NCBI GenBank assembly: GCA_965263175.1
Contig: OZ253587.1
Coordinates: 1,353,032 to 1,417,031 of the forward strand
Reading direction: 5' to 3'
DNA: 64,000 nt
Source of the DNA: Chloroflexota bacterium
GTDB taxonomy: Bacteria > Chloroflexota > UBA11872
Shown: in pieces, positions 47,361 to 56,954 of the stretch
How the letters are laid out: the number at the start of each line of letters is the position of its first letter
Numbering within the stretch: position 1 is the stretch's first letter
Notes under the pieces: generated by a model
The model's input: the letters and a program-made list of their open reading frames with translations, nothing else
What the model was told of the DNA's origin: nothing
The model's database searches: none
Translations under genes and position numbers: made by a program

Positions 47361-49370
47361 GTGCGATCCCGTTGGTCATCTGAGGCCGCCGCCGGCCTGA
47401 GCCCGCTGGACCTGCGCGTCCACAGCTCGCGCCTGCTGGGGGCCGAGCCGTCACTGGTGCTCTTTGGCGGCGGAAACACCTCGGTGAAACACGACGCGCC
47501 GGATCCGCGCGGCGGTGTCCGGCGAACGCTCACCATCAAGGGCAGCGGAACCGATCTGGCCTCAATTGGCGCCGATGGGTTCGCGCCGCTGGCCCTCGAC
47601 GACCTGATCCCGCTGCGCGAACGCGAGGCGCTGGATGACGACGCCATGGTCGAACTGGTCACGCTGGCGCTTCTCAACTCACGAGCGCCGCGTCCATCCA
47701 TTGAAACCTTGCTGCACGCGTTCATCCCGCTGGATTGGATCGACCACAGCCACGCAGACGCGATTCTCACCCTGACCAACCAGCCAGACGGCGCCGCGCG
47801 TGTGCAGGAGGCTCTTGGGTGCGCCGTTGGTCTGGTTCCCTACATCAAGCCCGGCTTCGACCTCTCCAAGGCGGCTGCCAATGTGTACGACGCCGACCCG
47901 TCAGTTGCCGGCCTGGTACTCGACAAGCACGGCCTGGTGACGTTTGGCGAAACCGCCCAGCAGTCGTACGAACGGCACATCGAGCTGGTTTCGCTTGCGG
48001 AAGCGCGGATTGCGCGGACCTGGTTCGGCCCGCGGCAACCGGCAGCCAGATCGGCAGGCGATGCGGCCCGCCTGGCTGTGACGCTGCGAGGTCTGCTGAG
48101 CCGCCGCCGGCACATGATCGTCCGTTGCGACACCAGCCCTCGGGTCCGTGCCTTCGTTGACCGTCAAGATGTCGTGCGCATTTCCCAGCAAGGACCGGCG
48201 ACGCCTGACCACGTACTGCGCACCAAACGATTGCCCCTGGCGTTGCCTACGGCCGATCCCGCCGATGCCGCTGACGCCGTGGCGCACTACGAAACCGCGT
48301 ACGCCGACTACGTGCGGGAACATGCCGATCCGGCGGACGATTTCAGACACGACCCCGGCCCGCGCGTCACATTGGCGCCTGGAGTCGGCATGTTCACGTC
48401 GGGCCGTTCGGCGGCTGAAGCGGACGCTGTGGCTCGGATCTATCGCCACACGATGGACGTGATCGAGGGCGCGGAGTCCATGGCGGCCTACGCGGCGCTG
48501 CCGGCGCGCGATCTGTTCGCCATCGAGTACTGGCCGCTGGAGTTGTACAAACTCAAGCTGGCGCCGCCCGACCGCGAACTGGCCGGGCGGGTGGCACTGG
48601 TTACAGGGGCAGCCAGTGGAATCGGCCGCGCCACGGCCCGTCGGCTGGCACGTTCCGGCGCCCACGTCTTTGTCACGGATATCGACGCTGCGGGCGCGAA
48701 GACGGCGGCGACGCATATTTCGGCCGCCGGAGGTGTGGCCGAATCGCTGACGCTGGATGTTACGGATGAAGACGGCGTTGCCTCCACCATGCGGGCAGTC
48801 CTGCTCGCGGTCGGGGGGATCGACATCCTGGTCTCAAACGCCGGCATCGCCGACGCGGCGCCAATTGACGCTCTTGCTGTCGCCGACTGGCAGCGCAGTC
48901 TCGATGTCAACGCTACCGGGCACTTCCTTGTTGCCCGGGCGGCGATCCGGGCGATGCGCGACCAGGGCATCGGCGGTAGCGTGATCATGGTGTGCACGAA
49001 GAACGCCCTTGACCCGGGACGTGATTTCGGCGCCTATAGCGCGGCCAAGGCGGCCCAGCTACAGCTGGGACGCGTGCTCGCAATCGAGAACGGCGAGCAC
49101 GGGATTCGCGTCAACATGGTCAACCCGGACGCCGTGTTTACCGATTCCCGTCTTTGGAGCACCGACCTCCGAGCCGGTAGGGCCGCTGCCCACGGCGTTG
49201 ACGTAGACGAGCTGGAGGACTTCTACCGCCGCCGCAATCTCTTGCAGACGGCGATTGACGCGGACGACGTAGCTGAGGCCGTGCTCTTCCTCGCCAGCGA
49301 CCGCGCGGCTAAGACGACAGGCACCGTGCTGCCGGTCGACGGCGGCGTCCGTGGAGCGTTCCCGCGCTGA
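47361..49370 (+). CDS. Bifunctional class II aldolase (rhamnulose-1-phosphate aldolase-like) / short-chain dehydrogenase
   Basis: N-terminal SRW...LDLRVHSSRLLGAEPSLVLFGGGNTSVK; a C-terminal SDR with TGAASGIGRA and YSAAK. GTG start at 47361; the track ORF 5' extension overlaps the previous gene. Confidence 0.8.
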   Translation: MRSRWSSEAAAGLSPLDLRVHSSRLLGAEPSLVLFGGGNTSVKHDAPDPRGGVRRTLTIKGSGTDLASIGADGFAPLALDDLIPLREREALDDDAMVELVTLALLNSRAPRPSIETLLHAFIPLDWIDHSHADAILTLTNQPDGAARVQEALGCAVGLVPYIKPGFDLSKAAANVYDADPSVAGLVLDKHGLVTFGETAQQSYERHIELVSLAEARIARTWFGPRQPAARSAGDAARLAVTLRGLLSRRRHMIVRCDTSPRVRAFVDRQDVVRISQQGPATPDHVLRTKRLPLALPTADPADAADAVAHYETAYADYVREHADPADDFRHDPGPRVTLAPGVGMFTSGRSAAEADAVARIYRHTMDVIEGAESMAAYAALPARDLFAIEYWPLELYKLKLAPPDRELAGRVALVTGAASGIGRATARRLARSGAHVFVTDIDAAGAKTAATHISAAGGVAESLTLDVTDEDGVASTMRAVLLAVGGIDILVSNAGIADAAPIDALAVADWQRSLDVNATGHFLVARAAIRAMRDQGIGGSVIMVCTKNALDPGRDFGAYSAAKAAQLQLGRVLAIENGEHGIRVNMVNPDAVFTDSRLWSTDLRAGRAAAHGVDVDELEDFYRRRNLLQTAIDADDVAEAVLFLASDRAAKTTGTVLPVDGGVRGAFPR

Positions 49371-49392
49371 GACTCCGTGCCGCGGCCCGGTG

Positions 49393-49986
49393 TTACGGAA
49401 CCGCGGCACCTGACACGAACAGCTCGCCGTCCGTCACGACCAGCGATTCAATCGCTATCGGCAGCCGCGGCAATCCGGCGTCCACGGTGCGCTCGGCCAG
49501 GGCCAGAACGAGCGAGCGCACGAAGCCGGGGGCGTACATTTCCCCAACCTGGAAGCGTGTGATCTCGGCCTCGCGCTGGCTGTTTTCGGTCGCGACGGCC
49601 ACGTCGAGCCGAAACGGGAAGCTCAATCCAAGTGAATGGACAACGCCCGTCAGCGTGAGCGTTCGCGGGCGGAACGTGAGCTGCAGGTCGGTGACCGAGC
49701 CAAACCCGTGATCCTGCCGCGCCCAGTCCTGGAGGAGTGCGGTCATCTCGTCGTGAGTGAAGGCAATCTGGGCCGGGATTTCGCGTCCAGCTTGGCGCGC
49801 CTGCTCCGAAGTCTGGCCAAATGCGTTGAGCTTGGCTTCAGCGCGAGCACGAACCTGTGGATCCGGCTGGATGCGCGCCAGGTCCGAGATGTCAACTGAA
49901 CCACGTGTGGCAAACACGCCGAGAACTGTCACTACGCCAGCCGCCGCCAGCAGCAGCCAGATGCCAAGCACCAAAGCGCGGCGCAC
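49393..49986 (-). CDS. Hypothetical membrane-anchored protein (N-terminal TM, 197 aa)
   Basis: A hydrophobic N-terminus then a soluble domain; no family recognised. Confidence 0.45.
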   Translation of the reverse strand: MRRALVLGIWLLLAAAGVVTVLGVFATRGSVDISDLARIQPDPQVRARAEAKLNAFGQTSEQARQAGREIPAQIAFTHDEMTALLQDWARQDHGFGSVTDLQLTFRPRTLTLTGVVHSLGLSFPFRLDVAVATENSQREAEITRFQVGEMYAPGFVRSLVLALAERTVDAGLPRLPIAIESLVVTDGELFVSGAAVP

Positions 49987-50135
49987 GCAGACTCACCCCA
50001 TTTCGCCGCCGCGCCGCGAGGTACCGGCACTGTGCAACGGCTGCACAAGTCAGATCGCAGGATGTCGCCGTGCGTAATGCACGGCGAGACTCTCCGGTGG
50101 CATGCGTATGCTAGCGGCCGGTCGCTCGCGAGCCG

Positions 50136-51044
50136 TTGTATCGGGAGCCTGTGAAGCCAACCGCATCGACGCGCCCTGTACGTAAAGCCGTGGTACCCGT
50201 AGCGGGGATTGGAACCCGCCTGTTTCCCGCTACGAAGTCACAGCCCAAGGAAATGCTGCCGGTAGGCCGCAAGCCTGTCGTCCAATACGTGGTGGAAGAG
50301 CTTCACGCCGCTGGGGTCGAGCAAATCCTGCTGATCACCGGCCGCAAGAAGGCGGCAATCGAGGATCATTTCGACGCCGATCTCGAACTCAGCCAAGTGC
50401 TTCGGCAGGCGGGAAGCGTTGACCTAGCCGATTTGTCTATTGCCGACGGTATTCGCGGCGTGTTCTATACGCGTCAGGGCAGCCCCAGCGGCGTCGCAGA
50501 CGCCGTGGGTCTGGCGCGGGACTTCGCCGGTGGCGAACCCATCGTCGTCGCATTTGGCGACACAATCATTCGCGGGGGCAATCTGGTAGCGCGACTGATG
50601 GCCGCCCATCTCGAAAGCCGGGCGAGCGGTTCGGTTGCAGTTGAACAGATCGCCCCGGAAGACGCGTTTCGCTATGGCATCGTCGATGTGCGCGAGGTCG
50701 ATGATTCGCTTGTGGCGGTGGATCTTGTGGAGAAGCCCGCCGCGGGCCGCGCGCCCAGCGATCTGGCCATCGTCCCGCGCTATGTATTCGATCCGGTGAT
50801 CTTCGACGCGATTGAAGCCACGCGGCCAGGATTGGGCGGCGAACGCTGGCTGACGGATTCCATTTCGATTCTGGTGCGTGAATCGCCGCCCGTGCGCGTC
50901 GTTCCCCTGGAGTCGAATGAACGCCGGTATGACATCGGAAACTTCGAGTCGTACTACCGCGCGTTCATTGACTTCGCACTCGCGGACCCGCAGTACGGGG
51001 CGGGTGTGCGCCAATACGTCAGCGAGCTTGGTCAGCGGCTGTGA
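50136..51044 (+). CDS. Sugar-1-phosphate nucleotidyltransferase (GalU/UDP-glucose pyrophosphorylase-like)
   Basis: KAVVPVAGIGTRLFPATKSQPKEMLPV. Confidence 0.8.
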   Translation: MYREPVKPTASTRPVRKAVVPVAGIGTRLFPATKSQPKEMLPVGRKPVVQYVVEELHAAGVEQILLITGRKKAAIEDHFDADLELSQVLRQAGSVDLADLSIADGIRGVFYTRQGSPSGVADAVGLARDFAGGEPIVVAFGDTIIRGGNLVARLMAAHLESRASGSVAVEQIAPEDAFRYGIVDVREVDDSLVAVDLVEKPAAGRAPSDLAIVPRYVFDPVIFDAIEATRPGLGGERWLTDSISILVRESPPVRVVPLESNERRYDIGNFESYYRAFIDFALADPQYGAGVRQYVSELGQRL

Positions 51045-52153
51045 TAGCGCGCGCTCCGGTCGTCGCGTCGGCGCCCGGGCGCGCCGGGCTTCTCGGCAAC
51101 CCCAGCGACATGTACGGCGGGACGGTCATAGCTGTTGGGGTTCCTCGACGCGCCTGGGTCGCCATCCGTCCGGCGCCTCGCTTGCGACTGGCAGCGCTTG
51201 ACGCAGATCTCGATCTGACTGTCCGGTCGCCGAACGACCTGCGCCTGATTGCTCCGCCGGCCGCGGCCGCGGCGGCCCGAATGACACCGACGGTCCTGGC
51301 GGCGGCACGTCGTTCAACCTATCTGAACGTTCTGAAGGCGGTGGTGGCGGCGCAAGGCATGCAAGACGCCCGGGTGGAAATTCGTTGCTGGAGCGAGGTT
51401 CCACCGAGCGCCGGCCTGTCCAGCAGCAGCGCGCTGCTGGTGGCCGCGCTGTACGCCACAGATGCCTGGCTGGAGCGCGAGACGCCGCCGCACCGGTTCG
51501 CCGAGACGGCGCGCGAAATTGAGTTCAGCCGCATGGGCGTCACCTGCGGGTTTCAAGACTTCTACGCCACGACGTTTGGCGGTCTGATTTGCATGGACTT
51601 CCGGGACAAGGAGCACTGGCGCGGACCGAACGTCGATCCTCTGGCCACAGTTGAGCCCATGCTCGATCCCGACGCGTCGCTTCCGCTCGTTCTGGCCCAT
51701 ACCGGCCGGCAACGCGATTCCGGCGAGACCCACCGTCCCCTGCGCGCTCGCTGGGTCGAAGGCGATCGCGATGTGCGCGCCGCCATGCATGCGTTGGGAT
51801 CCATCGCCCGACAGTCGAAACGCGATGTACTTGAGGGCAACTGGCCGGCGGTGGCCACGGCCATGAACGCCGCGCACGGTCAAATCTCGGCCATCGGCGG
51901 GTCCGGGACGGTCGTCGACGCCCTGATTGAGCAGGCGATCAAGCTCGGGGCGCGCGGCGCAAAACTTGCCGGTGCCGGACTGGGTGGCACGATCATCGCG
52001 CTGCACGACGACCCCTCGTGGCTGGCCAACAACATCGTTGACCACGGCGCGGCGTCCGCGTTTGCTATTCCGTGTGCGGCGCCAGGCGTCCGACTTGAGC
52101 CAGCCGACCTGCCGGTGCCGGCTTGCCGACGTGCCGCCTGGTTGCCGACATGA
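51041..52153 (+). CDS. GHMP-family sugar kinase (glucuronokinase/sugar-1-kinase-like)
   Basis: APGRAGLLGNPSDMYGG, PPSAGLSSSSAL (GHMP motif 2). The GTG start overlaps the upstream stop as GTGA. Confidence 0.75.
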   Translation: MIARAPVVASAPGRAGLLGNPSDMYGGTVIAVGVPRRAWVAIRPAPRLRLAALDADLDLTVRSPNDLRLIAPPAAAAAARMTPTVLAAARRSTYLNVLKAVVAAQGMQDARVEIRCWSEVPPSAGLSSSSALLVAALYATDAWLERETPPHRFAETAREIEFSRMGVTCGFQDFYATTFGGLICMDFRDKEHWRGPNVDPLATVEPMLDPDASLPLVLAHTGRQRDSGETHRPLRARWVEGDRDVRAAMHALGSIARQSKRDVLEGNWPAVATAMNAAHGQISAIGGSGTVVDALIEQAIKLGARGAKLAGAGLGGTIIALHDDPSWLANNIVDHGAASAFAIPCAAPGVRLEPADLPVPACRRAAWLPT

Positions 52154-53670
52154 GCACCGCGGCGGTCATTGGTCTTGATCTGGGCACAACGGGCGCTCGT
52201 GCCGTTCTGGCCGATATTTCGGGCGCAACCCTTGCTGTCCACGAATCCCCGTACGAACTGCTGACTCCCAGGCCCGGCTGGGCCGAGCAGTCACCCGAGG
52301 CCTGGGAAGAGGCCGCCTTTGCGGCCCTGGCGGCGGTGGCCTCGCAGGCGGAACGGGCGGATGACGTCCGGGCCATCGGGCTGACCGGTCAGATGCACGG
52401 GCTCACGCTGCTTGACCGGGCGCAACGGCCGCTGCGTAACGCGATTCTGTGGTGCGACCTCCGCACCGGTCCGCAGCGGCGTGAACTGGAGAACACGCTG
52501 GGTGTGCCAACGCTGATCCGGCACACGGGCAATCTTCCGCTGGAAGGCTTCCAGGCCCCCAAACTCGTCTGGATCCGCGCGCATGAGCCTCGTCTCCTCG
52601 AACGCACGGCGCACCTCTTGCTGCCTAAGGACTTCATCCGGCTGCGGCTGTCCGGTGAATGTTGGACTGATGTGTCCGACGCCAGCGGGACCGGGTACTT
52701 CGACTCGGCGACGCGCCGCTGGTCGGACGCAATGTTGGATGCCTTGGAGATCGATTCGGCCTGGCTGCCCGAACTGCGCGAATCCCCGCAGATTGCCGGA
52801 CGGCTGACGCCGGCCGCCGCCAAACGACTGGGATTGCTGCCTGGGATTCCAATTGCCGCAGGCGCCGGCGATCAGCCGGCCGGCGCCGTTGCGGCTGGGG
52901 TCGTGGCGGAGGGCGACGCCGTGGTGACTATCGGATCATCGGGGGTCGTATTTTCCGCCGCCTCGGCCTATGCGGCGGCGCCGGACGGACGCGTGCAGGT
53001 CGGAGCGCACGCGCTGCCGCAACGCTGGTATCTCATGGGTGTCACGCAGGCGGCCGGCCTGTCGCTGCGCTGGCTTCGCGACACGTTCGCGCCGGACACC
53101 TCGTACACCCAGTTGGTTCCCGCGGCGGAAAGTTCGCCGCCGGGCAGCCGCGGCCTTCTGTGGCTGCCCTACCTGCAAGGCGAACGTACGCCGCACCTGG
53201 ATGTCGACGCGCGCGGCGCGCTGATCGGTCTCACGACCGCGCACGGCCGAGCCGACATTGTGCGGGCTGTGCTCGAAGGGGTCGCCTTCAGTCTGCGCGA
53301 CGCCGCCCAGGCCATACGGGGCGTTGGCGCGCCGCCGCGGCGGTTCAAACTCGCTGGAGGGGGCGCCCGCAGTCCGCTGTGGCGGCAGATCGTCGCGGAC
53401 GTGTTCAATGCACCAATGCAGGTTGCGCCTGAGGGCCGCGGGCCAGCTTTCGGCGCGGCGCTGCTGGGCGCCGTGGCGGCCGGACTATTCGGATCCGTTG
53501 AGGAGGCGGTCCAGGCAACGGCCGCGCTTCACGCCACAGTGACTCCGAACGCCATCGGGGCCGCGGCGCTGGAGGCGACCTACACGCGTTACCGTGACCT
53601 CTACCCGGCGCTGGCCGAGACGAATCGAGCTGCCGCGGCTGCGCAGGCCGCGGAGACCGTGGAGGCATAA
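52150..53670 (+). CDS. FGGY-family carbohydrate kinase (xylulokinase-like)
   Basis: VIGLDLGTTGARAVL...GQMHGL...; ATGA overlap with the GHMP kinase gene. Confidence 0.85.
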   Translation: MSTAAVIGLDLGTTGARAVLADISGATLAVHESPYELLTPRPGWAEQSPEAWEEAAFAALAAVASQAERADDVRAIGLTGQMHGLTLLDRAQRPLRNAILWCDLRTGPQRRELENTLGVPTLIRHTGNLPLEGFQAPKLVWIRAHEPRLLERTAHLLLPKDFIRLRLSGECWTDVSDASGTGYFDSATRRWSDAMLDALEIDSAWLPELRESPQIAGRLTPAAAKRLGLLPGIPIAAGAGDQPAGAVAAGVVAEGDAVVTIGSSGVVFSAASAYAAAPDGRVQVGAHALPQRWYLMGVTQAAGLSLRWLRDTFAPDTSYTQLVPAAESSPPGSRGLLWLPYLQGERTPHLDVDARGALIGLTTAHGRADIVRAVLEGVAFSLRDAAQAIRGVGAPPRRFKLAGGGARSPLWRQIVADVFNAPMQVAPEGRGPAFGAALLGAVAAGLFGSVEEAVQATAALHATVTPNAIGAAALEATYTRYRDLYPALAETNRAAAAAQAAETVEA

Positions 53671-53745
53671 CCAAGCGAGCTTTGTTGCGTTGCTATATTC
53701 AACTGATAGCCCGCGCCGGCTGGCCGGGTCCGAGCCACACTCTCC

Positions 53746-54654
53746 ATGTCTGTCGATCGAACAACCCCGGATGCTGTCCTGCGCACGCTAGCCCGTCGCC
53801 CGCTGCTGTTTGACGGCGCAATGGGAAGCATCCTCAACGACTTTCCAGACCGTGACTGGGAAGCGCCCGAGGAAGCCACCCTGCGTTTTTCCGACCGTAT
53901 GGCCGGGGTTTATCAGGCCTATCTGGACGCTGGCGCGGACGTTCTGTCGACCAACACGTTTGGTGGGAACCTGATCCGACTCGAACGGGCCGGCTTGGTT
54001 GACAAGTCTGAAGCCATCAATCGCGGCGCGGCTGAGCAGGCCCGGGCCGTGGCCGGCACCGACGCGTGGGTCGCTGGCGACATTGGGCAGAGCGGCGACT
54101 TTCTTGAGCCGCTCGGCGACGTCACCGAAGCTCGAATGACCGAGGCCTTTCGGGTTCAGGCGGAACAACTGGCCGAAGGAGGCGTCGACATTCTGCTCTG
54201 CGAGACTTTCAGCGACATCCGCGAAGTCCAGATTGCAATCCAGGCCGCCAGTTCAACCGGCCTGCCAGTCTTTGCCACGATGACCTACGACATCAACCTG
54301 CACACCATGATGGGCGTGGCGCCGGCGGACGGTATGCGCGCCTGTGAGGAAGCCGGCGCCGCCGTCGTCGGTTGCAACTGTGGGAACGGCCCTGACGAGA
54401 TGACGCAGATTCTTGACCAGATGCTGGCGGCAGGGCCGCGTCGGCCGCTCATGGCCCAGTCGAATGCCGGCGTGCCCGAGTTGATCGATGGCCGGGTCTG
54501 CTACCTGTATCCGCCGGAGAAGATGGTTGAGTTCGCTCGGCAGTGGATTGATGCCGGCGTGACAGTGGTTGGATCGTGCTGCGGCAGTACCAACCAGACG
54601 ACCCACCTGCTGCGCGAGATGATTGATCGTTTGCCCGTGCGAGTAGCTGCCTGA
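53746..54654 (+). CDS. Homocysteine S-methyltransferase domain protein
   Basis: ...LLFDGAMGS..., GCNCG and GSCCG zinc-site cysteines. Confidence 0.75.
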   Translation: MSVDRTTPDAVLRTLARRPLLFDGAMGSILNDFPDRDWEAPEEATLRFSDRMAGVYQAYLDAGADVLSTNTFGGNLIRLERAGLVDKSEAINRGAAEQARAVAGTDAWVAGDIGQSGDFLEPLGDVTEARMTEAFRVQAEQLAEGGVDILLCETFSDIREVQIAIQAASSTGLPVFATMTYDINLHTMMGVAPADGMRACEEAGAAVVGCNCGNGPDEMTQILDQMLAAGPRRPLMAQSNAGVPELIDGRVCYLYPPEKMVEFARQWIDAGVTVVGSCCGSTNQTTHLLREMIDRLPVRVAA

Positions 54655-54768
54655 GTCGACCTGCAGGCCTGCGAGGTGTGAGCGCAATTCGGTATAGGGT
54701 GCGGTCCGAGCCTCGGCTACCATGCGGGTGCGGGGCGCCGCCTTCCAACGTTCCCGCTGAGAGGCGCT

Positions 54769-55515
54769 GTGGCTGACGTATTTCGACACACCTGGTGGGC
54801 GTTCGCGCAGGTGTACTACGACCTCAAAGCGTTAGCGTTGGTCGGCAACTTTCTGTGGTTCCTTGCCATGCTGCCGCTGGTGCCCATTGTCGGGATTCCA
54901 GGCGCTTTTGCCCTCCAGCAGGCCGTACTGCAGACGGATGCACCCGTCACCGGCGTTCAGTTCTTCGTGTTCGTCGTGGGTGGGACCGTCGTGGGCGGCG
55001 CGCTGGCCGGGCCAGCCACGGCTGCACTTTTCTACGTGGCGCACCGCCATATGGAGTACGAGAACGTTGAGGCTCGCGACTTCTGGCACGGTTTTCGCTC
55101 CAACTTCGCGCGCGGCTGGCTCCTCTTCGTGGTGGACATGTGCCTGCTCTACGGCTTGGTCGTCGGGTTTATCTTCTACACCGGGACGGGCCAACTCCTC
55201 ATCCAGGCGTTGGGATTCCTTTCGCTGTACTTCGTCGTGCTATGGACGGCGGCGCAGGCCTATCTGTATCCGATGTTCATCCGGTACGACATGTCGATCT
55301 ACCACCTGTTTCGCAACGCGGCGGTCATGGCGCTGAGCTCGCCTGGGTCGTCCATCGCCTACTTTGTCGTTGTTGTGGGTAGCATTGTGCTCAGCATGCT
55401 GCTTATCTTCCCGGCGGTGTTCTTGATGGCGAGCACCCTGGCACTCGTGGCAATGCGAATGACGCAAGACCGGCTCCACGCATTCGGCGTGGAGGCGCAG
55501 GGGCGGGGCCTGTGA
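54769..55515 (+). CDS. DUF624 (YesL-like) integral membrane protein
   Basis: Multi-TM topology and a sugar-ABC-associated neighbourhood. Confidence 0.6.
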   Translation: MADVFRHTWWAFAQVYYDLKALALVGNFLWFLAMLPLVPIVGIPGAFALQQAVLQTDAPVTGVQFFVFVVGGTVVGGALAGPATAALFYVAHRHMEYENVEARDFWHGFRSNFARGWLLFVVDMCLLYGLVVGFIFYTGTGQLLIQALGFLSLYFVVLWTAAQAYLYPMFIRYDMSIYHLFRNAAVMALSSPGSSIAYFVVVVGSIVLSMLLIFPAVFLMASTLALVAMRMTQDRLHAFGVEAQGRGL

Positions 55516-55554
55516 CGGCACGTCCACCGAAGTTAACGAAAAGCTCGGAGGCGT

Positions 55555-56739
55555 TTGATGGCTGACGTTCAGATTCGAGACGCTCGGGTGATCTTCAAGG
55601 AAGACTCAGACCCGGCAGCCGTGATTTTCGGCCAGACTGGCGGTACGCCCGAGGACGAGAAGTCCGACCTGGTGGGGCAAGCCAACTACCACGACGGCAA
55701 GATCCACGCCATCGACGGCGTGAGCCTCAACATTCACGACGGCGAGTCCGTCGCGATTCTCGGTCCGTCAGGATGCGGCAAGTCCACGATGCTGCGTGTG
55801 ATCGCCGGCCTCATCAGGCTGGACGACCCCAACAGCGGGACAATCAGGTATGGCGAGGAGGACTGGACCACGCTCGGCGCCAAGGAGCGGCGCGTAGGCA
55901 TTGTGTTCCAGAACTACGCCCTCTATCCGCACATGCACAGCAAGAAGAACCTTGGATTCTTCTTCAAGATGCACAAGCGTGAGGAGGAAGTTGACGAGCG
56001 CGTGGAGATCGTCGCCCAGATCATGGGCGTCGGCTTCGATCAGCTCCTTGACCGTCGTCCAAAGGCGCTCTCCGGTGGGCAGCAGCAACGCGTGGCGATC
56101 GCTCGCTGCATCGTGCGCGACCCGACGGTCTTCCTCTTTGACGAACCGCTGTCAAATCTGGACGCCAAGCTCCGAAGCCGTACGCGGGTTGAAATCAAGC
56201 GGCTGCTGCGCCGGTTCAACATCACGACGGTGTACGTCACACACGACCAGACCGAAGCCCAGGCCATGGGTGACCGGATTGCCGTGATGCAGGCCGGCAA
56301 GATCCAACAGCTCGACACCTACCGCGAGATTTACGACAACCCGGCCAACATGTTCGTGGCCGGGTTTGTGGGTCTGCCGCCAATGAACCTGATGCCGGCG
56401 AAGGCGGAAGGTGGCGGCGTGCGCGTGGACGGTCAATTCGTCGACCTGCGAAACGACGCGCTCGGCAACCGCGAAGGCGCGCCGGTGAATCTGGGCGTTC
56501 GACCCGAGGCGATCGAGTTGACTCATCATCAGGTGGACGGCTCCGTACCGGTTGACGTGTACTGGGTGGAGACCCACTTCTCCGAGCAGCGCAAGGAAGT
56601 CACCTTTGACCTCGCCGGATCGCGGGTGATCGCCAAGCGGCCGCTTGAGGAGGAATGGGACCGCAACACCACGGTGTACGCCAAAATCCCGGTGGACGAA
56701 GCGTATGTCTTTGACGCTGACGAGGACCGTCTGATCTAG
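55555..56739 (+). CDS. ABC transporter ATP-binding protein, MalK/UgpC/MsiK-like, with an unusual ~25-aa N-terminal insertion; no permease or binding-protein gene adjacent
   Basis: GPSGCGKST, LSGGQQQRVAIAR, a C-terminal MalK-type TOBE domain. Confidence 0.85.
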   Translation: MMADVQIRDARVIFKEDSDPAAVIFGQTGGTPEDEKSDLVGQANYHDGKIHAIDGVSLNIHDGESVAILGPSGCGKSTMLRVIAGLIRLDDPNSGTIRYGEEDWTTLGAKERRVGIVFQNYALYPHMHSKKNLGFFFKMHKREEEVDERVEIVAQIMGVGFDQLLDRRPKALSGGQQQRVAIARCIVRDPTVFLFDEPLSNLDAKLRSRTRVEIKRLLRRFNITTVYVTHDQTEAQAMGDRIAVMQAGKIQQLDTYREIYDNPANMFVAGFVGLPPMNLMPAKAEGGGVRVDGQFVDLRNDALGNREGAPVNLGVRPEAIELTHHQVDGSVPVDVYWVETHFSEQRKEVTFDLAGSRVIAKRPLEEEWDRNTTVYAKIPVDEAYVFDADEDRLI

Positions 56740-56954
56740 CTGCTGGAGCGGTCAGAAGGCACTTGGAATTTGTCGGATCACGAATGCCATAACGGGAGCT
56801 TTTGTAGCTTCAAATAGTCAATTCGAGTCAGGTTCGCCCGGCAGCGGCACAAAGTGCTAGACTGCGCTCAGTCGCACTGTCGCTATGGGCGGGCGAGGGC
56901 TCGTCTGATTCCCGGGGGAGGGAAGCGGTCCAAACGTCCTGAGGAGGCTATCCC

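Noticed and set aside
46934-48716. 281-aa and 271-aa minus-strand ORFs
   Set aside because: Antisense to the aldolase/SDR gene.
56740-56954. tRNA gene (for example tRNA-Met) upstream of nusA
   Set aside because: I looked for acceptor and T-arm pairing around the GGTTCG-like string at about 56810 but found no complementary 5' acceptor strand or cloverleaf.
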